Below the pieces are notes generated by a model. The model searched no databases. It saw only the letters and a list, made by a program, of their open reading frames with translations, and was not told where the DNA came from. Positions 1 to 8,354 of a DNA stretch of 64,000 nt are shown piece by piece. The stretch's first letter is position 1; each line of letters starts with the position of its first letter. Source of the stretch: a virus; the IMG/VR virus record IMGVR_UViG_3300037424_000898, positions 1 to 64,000 of that record. The stretch is one strand, 5' to 3'. The translations under genes and the position numbers were made by a program.

Positions 1-75
1 AGGAGGGCCTGGATTACCGGCCCTCCCAGGACGGAAGGACCAGGACAATGTCTCTCACCTCTACGACCATTGCGG
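1..75. repeat. Wrap-around: bases 1-75 are identical to 63926-64000. The window is a circularly closed or terminally redundant 63,925-bp unit plus 75 bp.
   Basis: Direct base-by-base comparison of both window ends. The repeat includes the hairpin and the first 28 nt of the CDS starting at 48. Confidence 0.95.
2..26 (+). promoter_or_regulatory. GC-rich stem-loop just downstream of the major capsid gene (second copy at 63927-63951)
   Basis: GGAGGGCC-N9-GGCCCTCC forms a perfect 8-bp stem. There is no T-run, so it is more likely an attenuator or RNA-stability element than a classical terminator. Confidence 0.55.
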
Positions 76-602
76 CGGCACTCAACGCGACCGAGCGGAT
101 CTTCCACGTCACGTCGGCGACCGGGTTCGACGTCGGCGACTACGTCCGGATCAACGACGAGTTTGTGAAGATTCAGGAAATCCTGAGCACGAAGATCACG
201 GCCCAGCGCGGCCGATGGGGCACGAACGCCCGGGCGCACGGCATCCTGTCGATTGCCGTGGTCGGGGCGCCGGAGGATTGGGCACCGCGCCCAGCGAAGC
301 ACATCTACACGTACGGGGCGGCGGGGGCGGTGACGCCCGCTCCTGGCCTGCACCGCTTCATCGCGGCTTCGGCTGCGGCCATGACGCTGGCGGCCCCGAC
401 CGCGGACATGGAAGGCGAGGAGTTCACCTTCATCGCGGCGGCGGCGCAGGCGTACACCCTGACGCTGGACTCCGGCTACTTCAACGGGGCCACGAACAAC
501 ATCGGCACATGGGCAGGGGCGATCGGAGACGTCATCACCTGTGTCGTCGTGGGCGGATCCTACTGTGTGGTGACGAACAAGAACATCACCCTCAGCGCCT
601 AA
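48..602 (+). CDS. Post-capsid structural protein, paralog A (possible head accessory or decoration protein)
   Basis: 184-aa ORF. It is clearly paralogous to the next ORF (MSLTSTTIAAAL/MALTSTTLVAAI, RINDEFVKI/RVNDEFMAI, HGILSxAVVGxPEDW, AAMTLAAPTAD). The position right after the coat gene is the only functional hint. Confidence 0.75.
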   Translation: MSLTSTTIAAALNATERIFHVTSATGFDVGDYVRINDEFVKIQEILSTKITAQRGRWGTNARAHGILSIAVVGAPEDWAPRPAKHIYTYGAAGAVTPAPGLHRFIAASAAAMTLAAPTADMEGEEFTFIAAAAQAYTLTLDSGYFNGATNNIGTWAGAIGDVITCVVVGGSYCVVTNKNITLSA

Positions 603-614
603 GGGGAGGAAGAC

Positions 615-1385
615 ATGGCGCTGACATCAACCACTCTCGTCGCGGCCATCGACTCGGAACAGACCGAGTTCGCGGTCACGTCGGGTACTGGATTCGCCGT
701 TGGCTACGTCTTGCGAGTCAACGACGAGTTCATGGCCATCAAGGCCGTCTCGACCGCATGGATCCGGGTCGAGCGCGGTCAGGAAGGCACGCTGGCGCGG
801 GATCACGGGATTCTGTCGCTGGCGGTTGTCGGGTTGCCCGAGGATTGGGTGCCCGAAACCCCGAGTCACTTCTACACGTATGGCGCGGCCGGCGCCATCA
901 CGCCGGAGCGGGGGCTTCACACGCTCAAGGCGGCGAGCGCGGCCGCCATGACCTTGGCGGCGCCAACGGCCGACCAGGAAGGCGTCCGGCTACTCATCGT
1001 CGCAGGAGCGGCCTACGCCTACACCCTCGCGTTGGACAGCGGGGCGTTCAACGGTGGGACCGATACCGCCATGCTGCAGTTCGGCGGAGCCATCGGGGAT
1101 TGCATTGAACTGGTGGCCATCGGCGGGTCGTGGTGCATTGTCCAGAGCAAGAACCAGACGGCCGTCAGCCTGTCGGCGTCGGTGTCCCCGTCCAAGAGCC
1201 CGTCGGTAAGCCCGTCGGTCTCCGCGTCGGCTTCCGCGTCGGTGTCGCCGAGCACGAGCGGCTCGGCCACGCCGAGCGTCTCGCCGTCGAAGTCTGCGTC
1301 GGTGTCGCCGTCGGTGAGCCAGTCGGCTTCGCCGAGTGTGTCACCGTCCGTGTCGCCGTCGGTGTCCCCGTCGGCGTCGGCGTAG
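615..1385 (+). CDS. Post-capsid structural protein, paralog B, with a C-terminal (Ser-X)n tail
   Basis: GGGGAGGA lies upstream of the ATG. The first ~180 aa are paralogous to 48-602. The last ~72 aa are [16 protein letters not shown]... with Ser at every second residue. Confidence 0.8.
   Translation: MALTSTTLVAAIDSEQTEFAVTSGTGFAVGYVLRVNDEFMAIKAVSTAWIRVERGQEGTLARDHGILSLAVVGLPEDWVPETPSHFYTYGAAGAITPERGLHTLKAASAAAMTLAAPTADQEGVRLLIVAGAAYAYTLALDSGAFNGGTDTAMLQFGGAIGDCIELVAIGGSWCIVQSKNQTAVSLSASVSPSKSPSVSPSVSASASASVSPSTSGSATPSVSPSKSASVSPSVSQSASPSVSPSVSPSVSPSASA
1167..1382 (+). repeat. Coding low-complexity tract, strictly alternating (Ser-X)n
   Basis: [72 protein letters not shown]. Confidence 0.9.
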
Positions 1386-1422
1386 GTCGGGTCGGTTCGC
1401 TCAGCACGTCTGGAGGCGGTTC

Positions 1423-2298
1423 GTGCTTTCAGTGCTCATCCCGGCCCGTAACGAGCGGTATCTGCGGGCAACCGTCGAAGACGTGCTCCGTCAGGCCGTC
1501 GGGGATCTCGAAGTGATCGCGGTCCTCGACGGTCCCCCTTTCGATGTCTCACTGCCGGAGGACTCGCGTGTGCGGGTGATCCGGCATGACCAGCCTCACG
1601 GGATGCGCCCCTCGATCAACGAGGCGGCAGCGGTGTCGTCGGGGGATCTGCTGCTCAAATGTGACGCGCATTGCGCGTTCGCGCCTGGCTTCGACCGGGT
1701 CTTGACAGACTCCTACGAGGATGACTCGTGGGTCATGGTCCCCCGACGCTACTCGCTCGACCCGGTGACGTGGACGATTGACCATCGGGATCCGGCGCGC
1801 GACTACCACTTCATCGCATGGCCGTTTTCGGGTGAGTTCAAAGGGACGTTGGAGAGCGGGCCGGCGGTGCTGCGCGGGCGGGTCTGGCATCAACGGGCCA
1901 TCGACCGGAAGGATCTCCTTGTCGATGACGAGATGAGTTCGCAGGGCTCGTGTTGGGTGATGTCGCGGACGCAGTGGGAGCGGATTGGCCCGCTGGACAC
2001 GGCGCACTACGGACCGTTCATTCAGGAGTTCCAGGAGGTCGGTTTCAAGACGTGGCTGGGCGGCGGTCGAGTCGTCATCAATAAGCGGACCTGGTACGCC
2101 CACTGGTACAAGCGGAACGGGCAGGGCTACGCACTCTCGCCGCGGCAGTCGAAGGCGGGGATCGCGTATTCGTTCGACCACTGGTGGAACGACCGGTGGG
2201 AGCAGCGGAGACACGATTTCGCGTGGTTGGTCGAGAAGTTCTGGCCGTTGCCCGGTTGGCCGGAGAACTGGCGCGAATCGCGGAAGGCGGAATGTTAG
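1423..2298 (+). CDS. GT-A fold glycosyltransferase (GT2 / polypeptide-GalNAc-transferase-like), paralog 1
   Basis: GTG start 6 nt after GGAGG. Motifs: N-terminal SVLIPARNE...VIAVLDG, a DxH motif (LLKCDAHCAF) and WLGGGRVVINKRTWYAHWYK. Paralogous to 3219-4106 and 7332-8354. Confidence 0.75.
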   Translation: MLSVLIPARNERYLRATVEDVLRQAVGDLEVIAVLDGPPFDVSLPEDSRVRVIRHDQPHGMRPSINEAAAVSSGDLLLKCDAHCAFAPGFDRVLTDSYEDDSWVMVPRRYSLDPVTWTIDHRDPARDYHFIAWPFSGEFKGTLESGPAVLRGRVWHQRAIDRKDLLVDDEMSSQGSCWVMSRTQWERIGPLDTAHYGPFIQEFQEVGFKTWLGGGRVVINKRTWYAHWYKRNGQGYALSPRQSKAGIAYSFDHWWNDRWEQRRHDFAWLVEKFWPLPGWPENWRESRKAEC

Positions 2299-2517
2299 AT
2301 GGCCACGCTGCACACGAAATGTGACGAGTGTTGGGATCCGTTGCCTTGCAGTTGTCCTGCCCAACACGAGCGCGATAGGACAAAGCACATGACTGACTAT
2401 AGCGTCGCAATCAGCGATCTGAGTGACGCCGTAAAGGCGCTAGCGGACGCTGTGAAGGCGTTGAGCCAACGAGTGAAACGAATAGAGGCGGCATCAAAAC
2501 CAGGCCCTCGGCCCTGA
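2299..2517 (+). CDS. Small Cys-motif protein (HTKC-x2-CWDPLPC-x-C) with a helical tail, paralog 1
   Basis: The ATG directly follows the TAG of the GT gene. The N-terminal motif is shared with 6474-6662. Confidence 0.6.
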   Translation: MATLHTKCDECWDPLPCSCPAQHERDRTKHMTDYSVAISDLSDAVKALADAVKALSQRVKRIEAASKPGPRP

Positions 2518-2536
2518 CGCCGAGCAGTATCGCGTC

Positions 2537-2746
2537 ATGTCATCCGAGGAAACGGTTCTGATGGACTTCGCTGAGGCGATGCGCGCGGTCATGGACGGGA
2601 TGAGCGTGCGGCGACGGGCGTGGGACGACGCGCACTGCATCATTCGGCTGCGGTTGGGACTCATCGAGATCATGCTCAATCACACGTGGCGACCCTGGCT
2701 GATTTCGGACGTGGACGTAAAGGCGAAGGACTGGGAACTCGAATGA
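2537..2746 (+). CDS. DUF2829-like small protein (the family that contains the anti-Thoeris protein Tad2)
   Basis: 69 aa. DFAEAMRAVMDGMSVRRRAW near the N-terminus and WRPWLISDVDVKAKDWEL at the C-terminus match the remembered DUF2829 pattern (FGEAlxAlkxGkkvxRxxW ... DllaxDWxv). Confidence 0.5.
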   Translation: MSSEETVLMDFAEAMRAVMDGMSVRRRAWDDAHCIIRLRLGLIEIMLNHTWRPWLISDVDVKAKDWELE

Positions 2747-3222
2747 AGCGCCGAGGATGGTTGCCTCCAATTACGTTTGAACTTCGGCCGAGCAGTCGAG
2801 GACGCCTTTACTTTGCGGTCCATATCGCTGACACCGTTGGGTCAATGCGAGCAACGATGCGGCGGTGCGCCGGTTGGGTTCATCCCCAGCAAGTCGCCGC
2901 AGTCGATGGTGTAACGCAGTACGACAAACGCGCCCGCAAGACTGGGCTGTGCGGCATCATCTACATTCCCCGGACTCATCTTGGCGCGGGGCTTGTCGCG
3001 CATGAACTGTCTCATGCGGCGTTTCGGTATTGCGAACGACGGCGCCTGCGAATTGAGCACTGGAAGTGGGGTCCTCCGGCTTTTGGTCTATCCGTCAAGG
3101 CGAAGAAGGTCAGGGTGGACAGCTCCGAGGAAGTGTTCTGTGATGTCGTGGAGCACCTAAGCCGGCAGTTCTGGAGCGAGATTTTCGCAAGAGGCTTGGA
3201 CAAACCGAAAGGCAGAACGTGA
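2743..3222 (+). CDS. Putative zinc metallopeptidase-like protein (HExxH)
   Basis: ATGA overlap with the upstream gene. 159 aa containing HELSHAAF. No further family assignment is possible by eye. Confidence 0.45.
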   Translation: MKRRGWLPPITFELRPSSRGRLYFAVHIADTVGSMRATMRRCAGWVHPQQVAAVDGVTQYDKRARKTGLCGIIYIPRTHLGAGLVAHELSHAAFRYCERRRLRIEHWKWGPPAFGLSVKAKKVRVDSSEEVFCDVVEHLSRQFWSEIFARGLDKPKGRT

Positions 3223-4106
3223 GCAAGGTCAGCATCTTGATCCCGTCGCGCGAAGAGCCGTTCCTGCAGCGGACCATCGACGATCTGCTGTTGCAGCGGG
3301 ATGGCGACGTGGAGATCATCGCACTGCTCGATGGCTGGTGGCCGAATCCGCCGCTCAAAGACGATCCACACGTCAAGCAGATCCATTGGACGGTGCCGCA
3401 AGGACTTCGGTCTTGCCTGAATGCCGGCGCGCGGGTAGCCACGGGCGACTACCTGCTCAAGATCGACGCCCATTGCGCCGTGTCGGAAGGCTACGACGTG
3501 GAACTGGCGAAGGTCTGCGGGGACGATTCGATTGTCGTGCCGGCGAAGTACTCCCTGAACGCCGACACGTGGACGCGCTACCGGGAGCCCTGGCAGTACT
3601 TCTACCTCACCTTCCCGTGGGATCCGACGCTGAACCATCCCGGCTTGCACGACAAAGCCTGCGGGCCCGATGTGAACGCGGCGCGAGCGCACATCCAGCC
3701 GATTGACGACATCCTGAGCTATCAGGGCAGCGCGTGGTTCCTGACGAAGCAGCACTTCGAGCGCATCGGGCCGATGGACCCGGCGCGGTACTACGTCGCG
3801 CAGGAACCCCAGGAACTCGGGCTGGCGACGTGGCTGAATGGCGGGCGAGTCGTCATCCACAAGGGCGTGTGGTACGCGCATCTCTGGAAGGGGCGAGACC
3901 ACAAGCGGGGCTTCCGGCTGATCAAGCCGCGCTGGGTGCGAGCGCTAAGGGCGAGCGCTGAGCACTGGATGGCCCAGTCGGGGTTCCCGGCGCTGGTCGA
4001 GAAGTTCTGGGACGTGTTGCACGAGGCGCCGGTCGGGCCGTGGCCAGACGACTGGCAGGATCCGAAGTATCGGGTAGCGATTGACGCGAGGAAGGCAGCG
4101 GTATGA
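3219..4106 (+). CDS. GT-A fold glycosyltransferase (GT2 / ppGalNAc-T-like), paralog 2
   Basis: GTGA overlap start. Motifs: SILIPSREE...IIALLDGWWPNPPL, LLKIDAHCAV (DxH) and WLNGGRVVIHKGVWYAHLWK. Confidence 0.75.
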   Translation: MSKVSILIPSREEPFLQRTIDDLLLQRDGDVEIIALLDGWWPNPPLKDDPHVKQIHWTVPQGLRSCLNAGARVATGDYLLKIDAHCAVSEGYDVELAKVCGDDSIVVPAKYSLNADTWTRYREPWQYFYLTFPWDPTLNHPGLHDKACGPDVNAARAHIQPIDDILSYQGSAWFLTKQHFERIGPMDPARYYVAQEPQELGLATWLNGGRVVIHKGVWYAHLWKGRDHKRGFRLIKPRWVRALRASAEHWMAQSGFPALVEKFWDVLHEAPVGPWPDDWQDPKYRVAIDARKAAV

Positions 4107-4348
4107 AACATCAGCATCAGTGCGTGTGCGAGCACAACAACATCAAGTTGTGCAAGGTGTGCAAGGTTCCGTACTGCGTGGATTGTGGCAAGGAGTGGCA
4201 GGAGAAGGTGTTGTACAACACGTACTACTCTACCTGCCAGTATCCAAACATCTACCAGCACCAAACCACAGGGGGCCGTTCGGACGTAGTGGCTCTCATG
4301 ACAAATGCGGATGACTGTGGGCACAGGCATGAATCAGACCGCCCTTGA
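4103..4348 (+). CDS. Cys-rich small protein (zinc-finger-like)
   Basis: ATGA overlap start. Contains QCVCEHNNIKLCKVCKVPYCVDCGKEW. The segment is visibly less GC-rich than its neighbours. Confidence 0.5.
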   Translation: MKHQHQCVCEHNNIKLCKVCKVPYCVDCGKEWQEKVLYNTYYSTCQYPNIYQHQTTGGRSDVVALMTNADDCGHRHESDRP

Positions 4349-4979
4349 CGCCATCTGCGCTCGGTACAAGGTGGCCGACCTTGCGGGGTCGTTGCCACTC
4401 GAACTGGCCGGCGGGGTGCGGGCTGACCTGCCGCACCTGTTCCGTGACCTCGGCTACACCGTGGGCGCGGAGATTGGCGTCTGGCAGGGAGAGTTCTCCG
4501 AAGCACTCTGTCAGGGCATCCCCGACCTGCACCTGTTCGCGGTCGATCCGTGGGTGCGGTACAAGGACTATCACGACTACGAACTCCGGGCGAGCCTGGA
4601 GGCGGCCCGCGAGATGGCGATGGCCCGGCTCGCGGCCTTCCGCCACGTCACCATCATTCCAAAGTTCTCGCTGGAGGCCGCTGAGGACATCCCCGACAAC
4701 TCACTCGATTTCGTCTACATCGACGCGAATCACGGCTTCGAATACGTCGTGGCGGACCTCGCCGCGTGGACGAAGAAGGTCAAGCCGGGCGGCATCATCA
4801 GCGGGCATGACTACGTGAACATCCGGCGGTCGATTCCCGGCTTCCGGGTCGTCGAGGCGGTGCAGGGCTGGACCCGGGCGAACGACATCAATCCCTGGTT
4901 CATTCTGGGCCGCACGAAGGTGCATCCCGACCGGGAACCGCGCGACAAAGAGCGCAGCTATCTGTGGGTGAAGCCGTGA
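4329..4979 (+). CDS. Class I SAM-dependent methyltransferase (Methyltransf_24 / sugar O-methyltransferase-like), paralog 1
   Basis: Motifs: GAEIGVWQGEFSE (SAM-binding loop), DFVYIDANH, GGIISGHDY. Paralogous to 5836-6471. The start is uncertain; in-frame ATGs occur at 4305, 4311 and 4329. Confidence 0.7.
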   Translation: MNQTALDAICARYKVADLAGSLPLELAGGVRADLPHLFRDLGYTVGAEIGVWQGEFSEALCQGIPDLHLFAVDPWVRYKDYHDYELRASLEAAREMAMARLAAFRHVTIIPKFSLEAAEDIPDNSLDFVYIDANHGFEYVVADLAAWTKKVKPGGIISGHDYVNIRRSIPGFRVVEAVQGWTRANDINPWFILGRTKVHPDREPRDKERSYLWVKP

Positions 4980-5839
4980 CGGTCCTCGTCACGGGCGGCA
5001 CCGGGTATCTCGGACAAGTGTTCGTCCGGTACGCCCTCGACCACGGGGCTGAGCAGGTGGTCGTGTTCTCGCGCAGCGAAGAGACGCAGCGCCGGATGCG
5101 GATGGACATGTCGGATTCCCGGCTGCACTTCTGGCTGGGGGATGTGCGCGACAACGGGGCCTTGGCCCGGGCGATGACGGTGCATCCGGTCGAGGTCATT
5201 GTCCATCTGGCCGCGCTGAAGCACGTCACGAACTGCGAGCAGTTTCCCTTGGAAGCGGTTCAAACGAACGTCGTCGGGACGGCGAACGTGATTGACGTGG
5301 CGACCCGCTACGGCGCGCGTGTGCTGGCGATGTCCAGCGACAAGGCCGTGCAGAGTACGTGCGTCTACGGGGCCACCAAGGCCCTCTTGGAGCGGATTAT
5401 CGTGGCGGCCGGCTTCTCGGCTGTCCGGGCGGGCAATCTGATTGGGTCGACAGGCAGTGTGCTGCCGGTCTGGCGAGAACAGGTGGCCAAAGGCGAGCCG
5501 ATTACCGTCACGGACCCGACGATGACGCGGTTCTACATGACCGTGGACGAGGCGGCGGCGTTCCTCTGGCGGGCGGTCCATGTGATGCGGGGCGGCGAGG
5601 TGTTCGTGCCGAAGCTGGGCGCCTGCCGGCTGGGCGATCTGGCCGATGCCATCAGTCCGCATCAGCGGGTCATCGGGGCACGACCGGGCGAGCGAACGCA
5701 CGAACTGCTCATCCTGGAGGACGAACCGGTGCGCGACGACGGGTGGGCCTACGTGGTGACGGCTGGCGAACGGCCCTTCGGCCGCGTGCTCGTCTCGAAT
5801 GCGGTCTACGCACTTGAGGCAGCCGAGGTGACGGCATGA
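4976..5839 (+). CDS. Extended-SDR nucleotide-sugar 4,6-dehydratase (CapD / PseB / FlaA1-like, Polysacc_synt_2)
   Basis: Motifs: VLVTGGTGYLG, LGDVRD, VHLAALKHV, MSSDKAV, YGATKAL (YxxxK), GSTGSVLPVW, ITVTDPTMTRFYMTVDEAA, GGEVFVPKL. GTGA overlap start; an alternative GTG is at 4964. Confidence 0.85.
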   Translation: MTVLVTGGTGYLGQVFVRYALDHGAEQVVVFSRSEETQRRMRMDMSDSRLHFWLGDVRDNGALARAMTVHPVEVIVHLAALKHVTNCEQFPLEAVQTNVVGTANVIDVATRYGARVLAMSSDKAVQSTCVYGATKALLERIIVAAGFSAVRAGNLIGSTGSVLPVWREQVAKGEPITVTDPTMTRFYMTVDEAAAFLWRAVHVMRGGEVFVPKLGACRLGDLADAISPHQRVIGARPGERTHELLILEDEPVRDDGWAYVVTAGERPFGRVLVSNAVYALEAAEVTA

Positions 5840-6471
5840 CGGGGGCCTGTCGCGCCACCTTGGGCATCGTCAGCCAGCACTCGCCGTTGCCGGTGAGTTT
5901 CACGGCACCGATGCCGATGGTGCTCTCGGACTTCGGGCGCTACCAGTTAGCGATGCTCTTTGCGGAGTGCGGCTTCACGCGCGGCGCGGAGATCGGGGTC
6001 GCGGCGGGGAAGTACGCCGAACAGCTCTGTCACGCCAATCCGGGCCTGCACCTGGCGTGCGTGGACGCGTGGGAGACGTATCCGGGTTACGCCGACCACA
6101 CGGCCGTGCGGCTAGTCGAGGCGCGACAGGAGGCTCGAAGACGCCTGGCGTCCTACGACTGCCGGTTGGTCAAGGCCATGAGCGTGGAGGCGGCGAAGCA
6201 GTTCCGGGATGGGTCGCTGGACTTCGTCTACCTGGACGCCAATCACCGGTTTGAATGCGTTGTGGCGGATCTGGCGGCTTGGAGTCCGAAGGTGCGAACG
6301 GGCGGGATTGTGGCAGGGCATGACTACCACGTCTTTCCGCAGCATCCGCACTGGCGGGTCATCGAAGCCGTTCAGTCCTGGGTGCAGGCGTACGACGTGA
6401 GCCCGTGGTTCCTGCTGGACTACGGGCACCGGGGCACGCGGATTCATAGCTACTTCTGGGTGAAGGAGTAA
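5836..6471 (+). CDS. Class I SAM-dependent methyltransferase (Methyltransf_24-like), paralog 2
   Basis: ATGA overlap start. Motifs: GAEIGVAAGKYAE, DFVYLDANH, GGIVAGHDY. Confidence 0.7.
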   Translation: MTGACRATLGIVSQHSPLPVSFTAPMPMVLSDFGRYQLAMLFAECGFTRGAEIGVAAGKYAEQLCHANPGLHLACVDAWETYPGYADHTAVRLVEARQEARRRLASYDCRLVKAMSVEAAKQFRDGSLDFVYLDANHRFECVVADLAAWSPKVRTGGIVAGHDYHVFPQHPHWRVIEAVQSWVQAYDVSPWFLLDYGHRGTRIHSYFWVKE

Positions 6472-6473
6472 CG

Positions 6474-6662
6474 ATGGGGATGATTCACACGAAATGTCCG
6501 CAATGTTGGGATCCGCTTCCATGCGGATGTTCTGTTCAAACGGAACGCGACGAGACCGCGGCCGCTAACGCTAAATACCAGCGTGACCGAACGGCCAAAG
6601 AACTCTTGGAAGAACAGAAAGAAACGAACCGCCTTTTGCGCCAGATAGCAGAACGGAAATGA
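6474..6662 (+). CDS. Small Cys-motif protein (HTKC-x2-CWDPLPC-x-C), paralog 2
   Basis: MGMIHTKCPQCWDPLPCGCSVQTERDE... matches the N-terminus of 2299-2517. The tail is helical and charged. Confidence 0.6.
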   Translation: MGMIHTKCPQCWDPLPCGCSVQTERDETAAANAKYQRDRTAKELLEEQKETNRLLRQIAERK

Positions 6663-7339
6663 ACATCGCGGTCATGTCGGCCAACCTCGGGAACGCGGAA
6701 GCGCCGGTCCAGCACGTCGCCCAGGTCGTGCCGCCCTGGACGACCGTGTCGATGCACCTGTTCACGGACGAGACCTTCCCGCCGCGCCGGGCCGCAATGA
6801 CGCCCAGGCTGCAGAGCAAGCTCCCGAAGCTGTTCGGCTGGGAGATGGTGCCGGACTCTGACGTCTATGTGTGGATTGACGCGGCGTTCCGGCTGGCCCG
6901 CGAAGACTCCATCATCTGGCTGCTTCGACAACTGGCCGATCACGACATCGTCTTCTTCGAGCACCCGGAGCGACAAACTATCGAGGAAGAAGCCGCGTTT
7001 CTTCGGGACAACCTCGCCACGAGTCAGCGGCTTCAGGCGCGGTATCAGGGGGAACTGCTGGATGAGCAGATGGAGGCCATTCGGGCGACCTTCTCCTACG
7101 ACGAGCACCTGTACGCCAGCGGGATCTTCGCCTACCGGCCGATCCATCGTGTCAAGCAGGCGATGAAGGAATGGTGGTTCCACATCTCGCGCTACCACCT
7201 GAATGACCAGTTGTCGTTGCCCTACGCACTGGCGAGCGCGGACTGTGACGTGGCGACGATTGACGCACAGATCGGATACGGCTACCACGAGCCCCACTTT
7301 GAGTTCACGCGGACCAGCCGGAGGGTGAAGCGTGCCTGA
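6659..7339 (+). CDS. DUF616 / TOD1-MUCI70-like putative glycosyltransferase
   Basis: ATGA overlap start. Motifs LQSKLPKLFGWEMVPDSDVYVWIDAAFRL, FFEHPERQTIEEEA and NDQLSLPYAL match the remembered DUF616 pattern. Confidence 0.5.
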   Translation: MNIAVMSANLGNAEAPVQHVAQVVPPWTTVSMHLFTDETFPPRRAAMTPRLQSKLPKLFGWEMVPDSDVYVWIDAAFRLAREDSIIWLLRQLADHDIVFFEHPERQTIEEEAAFLRDNLATSQRLQARYQGELLDEQMEAIRATFSYDEHLYASGIFAYRPIHRVKQAMKEWWFHISRYHLNDQLSLPYALASADCDVATIDAQIGYGYHEPHFEFTRTSRRVKRA

Positions 7340-8354
7340 CCTCTCCGTGCTCATCGCATCGCGGAATGAGGTGTTCCTCAAGAACACCGTAGAGGACGTG
7401 TTGACGCACGCGGAGGCTGATACCGACGTCATCGCCGTCTGCGACGGGGCTTGGCCGACTCCGCCGCTCGTGGACCATCCGAAGGTCACGCTTGTGCATC
7501 ACGCGAGCATCGGGCAGCGGGCGGCGGTGAACGAGGCGGCCCGGCTCTCGACGGCGACCTACGTGATGAAGCTGGACGCGCACTGTGCGCTCGATCAGGG
7601 CTTCGACCGGAAGCTGATCGAGCCCTACGAACGGGGCGAATTGGCGCGCGAGGACACCACGATTCCCCGACTCTACAACCTGCACGCCTTCGACTGGCAG
7701 TGCCGGGCGTGTGGGGACCGGATCTACCAGGGAGCCAAGCCGTCAGCCTGCGGGAAGTGCAAGAGTCCGGAGGGCTTTGAGCGCGTCATGGTGTGGAAAC
7801 CGCGCTGGCATCGGAAAACGGACTTCAACCGGTTCGACGCCAACCTCCAATACCAGTACTGGCAGGGCGTGGACAAGCGGCCGGCGTCCCAGGGCGAGCT
7901 CGCCGACATGATGACGGCGCTCGGGGCGTGCTTCTTCATGCGTCGGGATCGGTTCTGGGAGTTGGGCGGGATGGACGAGGAACACGGTTCATGGGGCCAG
8001 TTCGGGGTCGAGGTGGCGCTGAAGTCGTGGCTGTCGGGCGGGCGGCATGTTGTGAACAAGCGGACGTGGTACAGCCACATGTTCCGCACGCACGGCGGGC
8101 CGGAGTGGGGCTTCCCCTACCCGATGTCCAATTCGCAGGTCGAGACGGCCCGAAAGCACTCGCGGGCCATGTGGTACCAGAACGCCTGGCCGCGACAGGT
8201 CCGGCCGCTCGACTGGCTAGTGGAGAGATTCGAGCCGGTCCCGGGCTGGCACCAGCCCGCATCGAAGGACGACCCACCGCAGCGCGAGGCGATTCTGGCG
8301 ATGGTGCAGCAGGCGGCGCTGATCTTCAGCCCGCGGCGCGAGGTGGCGGCATGA
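7332..8354 (+). CDS. GT-A fold glycosyltransferase (GT2 / ppGalNAc-T-like), paralog 3, with an inserted Cys4 zinc ribbon
   Basis: Motifs: SVLIASRNE...VIAVCDGAWPTPPL, VMKLDAHCAL (DxH), WGQFGVEVALKSWLSGGRHVVNKRTWYSHMFR. The insert is CRACGDRIYQGAKPSACGKC. Confidence 0.75.
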   Translation: MPDLSVLIASRNEVFLKNTVEDVLTHAEADTDVIAVCDGAWPTPPLVDHPKVTLVHHASIGQRAAVNEAARLSTATYVMKLDAHCALDQGFDRKLIEPYERGELAREDTTIPRLYNLHAFDWQCRACGDRIYQGAKPSACGKCKSPEGFERVMVWKPRWHRKTDFNRFDANLQYQYWQGVDKRPASQGELADMMTALGACFFMRRDRFWELGGMDEEHGSWGQFGVEVALKSWLSGGRHVVNKRTWYSHMFRTHGGPEWGFPYPMSNSQVETARKHSRAMWYQNAWPRQVRPLDWLVERFEPVPGWHQPASKDDPPQREAILAMVQQAALIFSPRREVAA

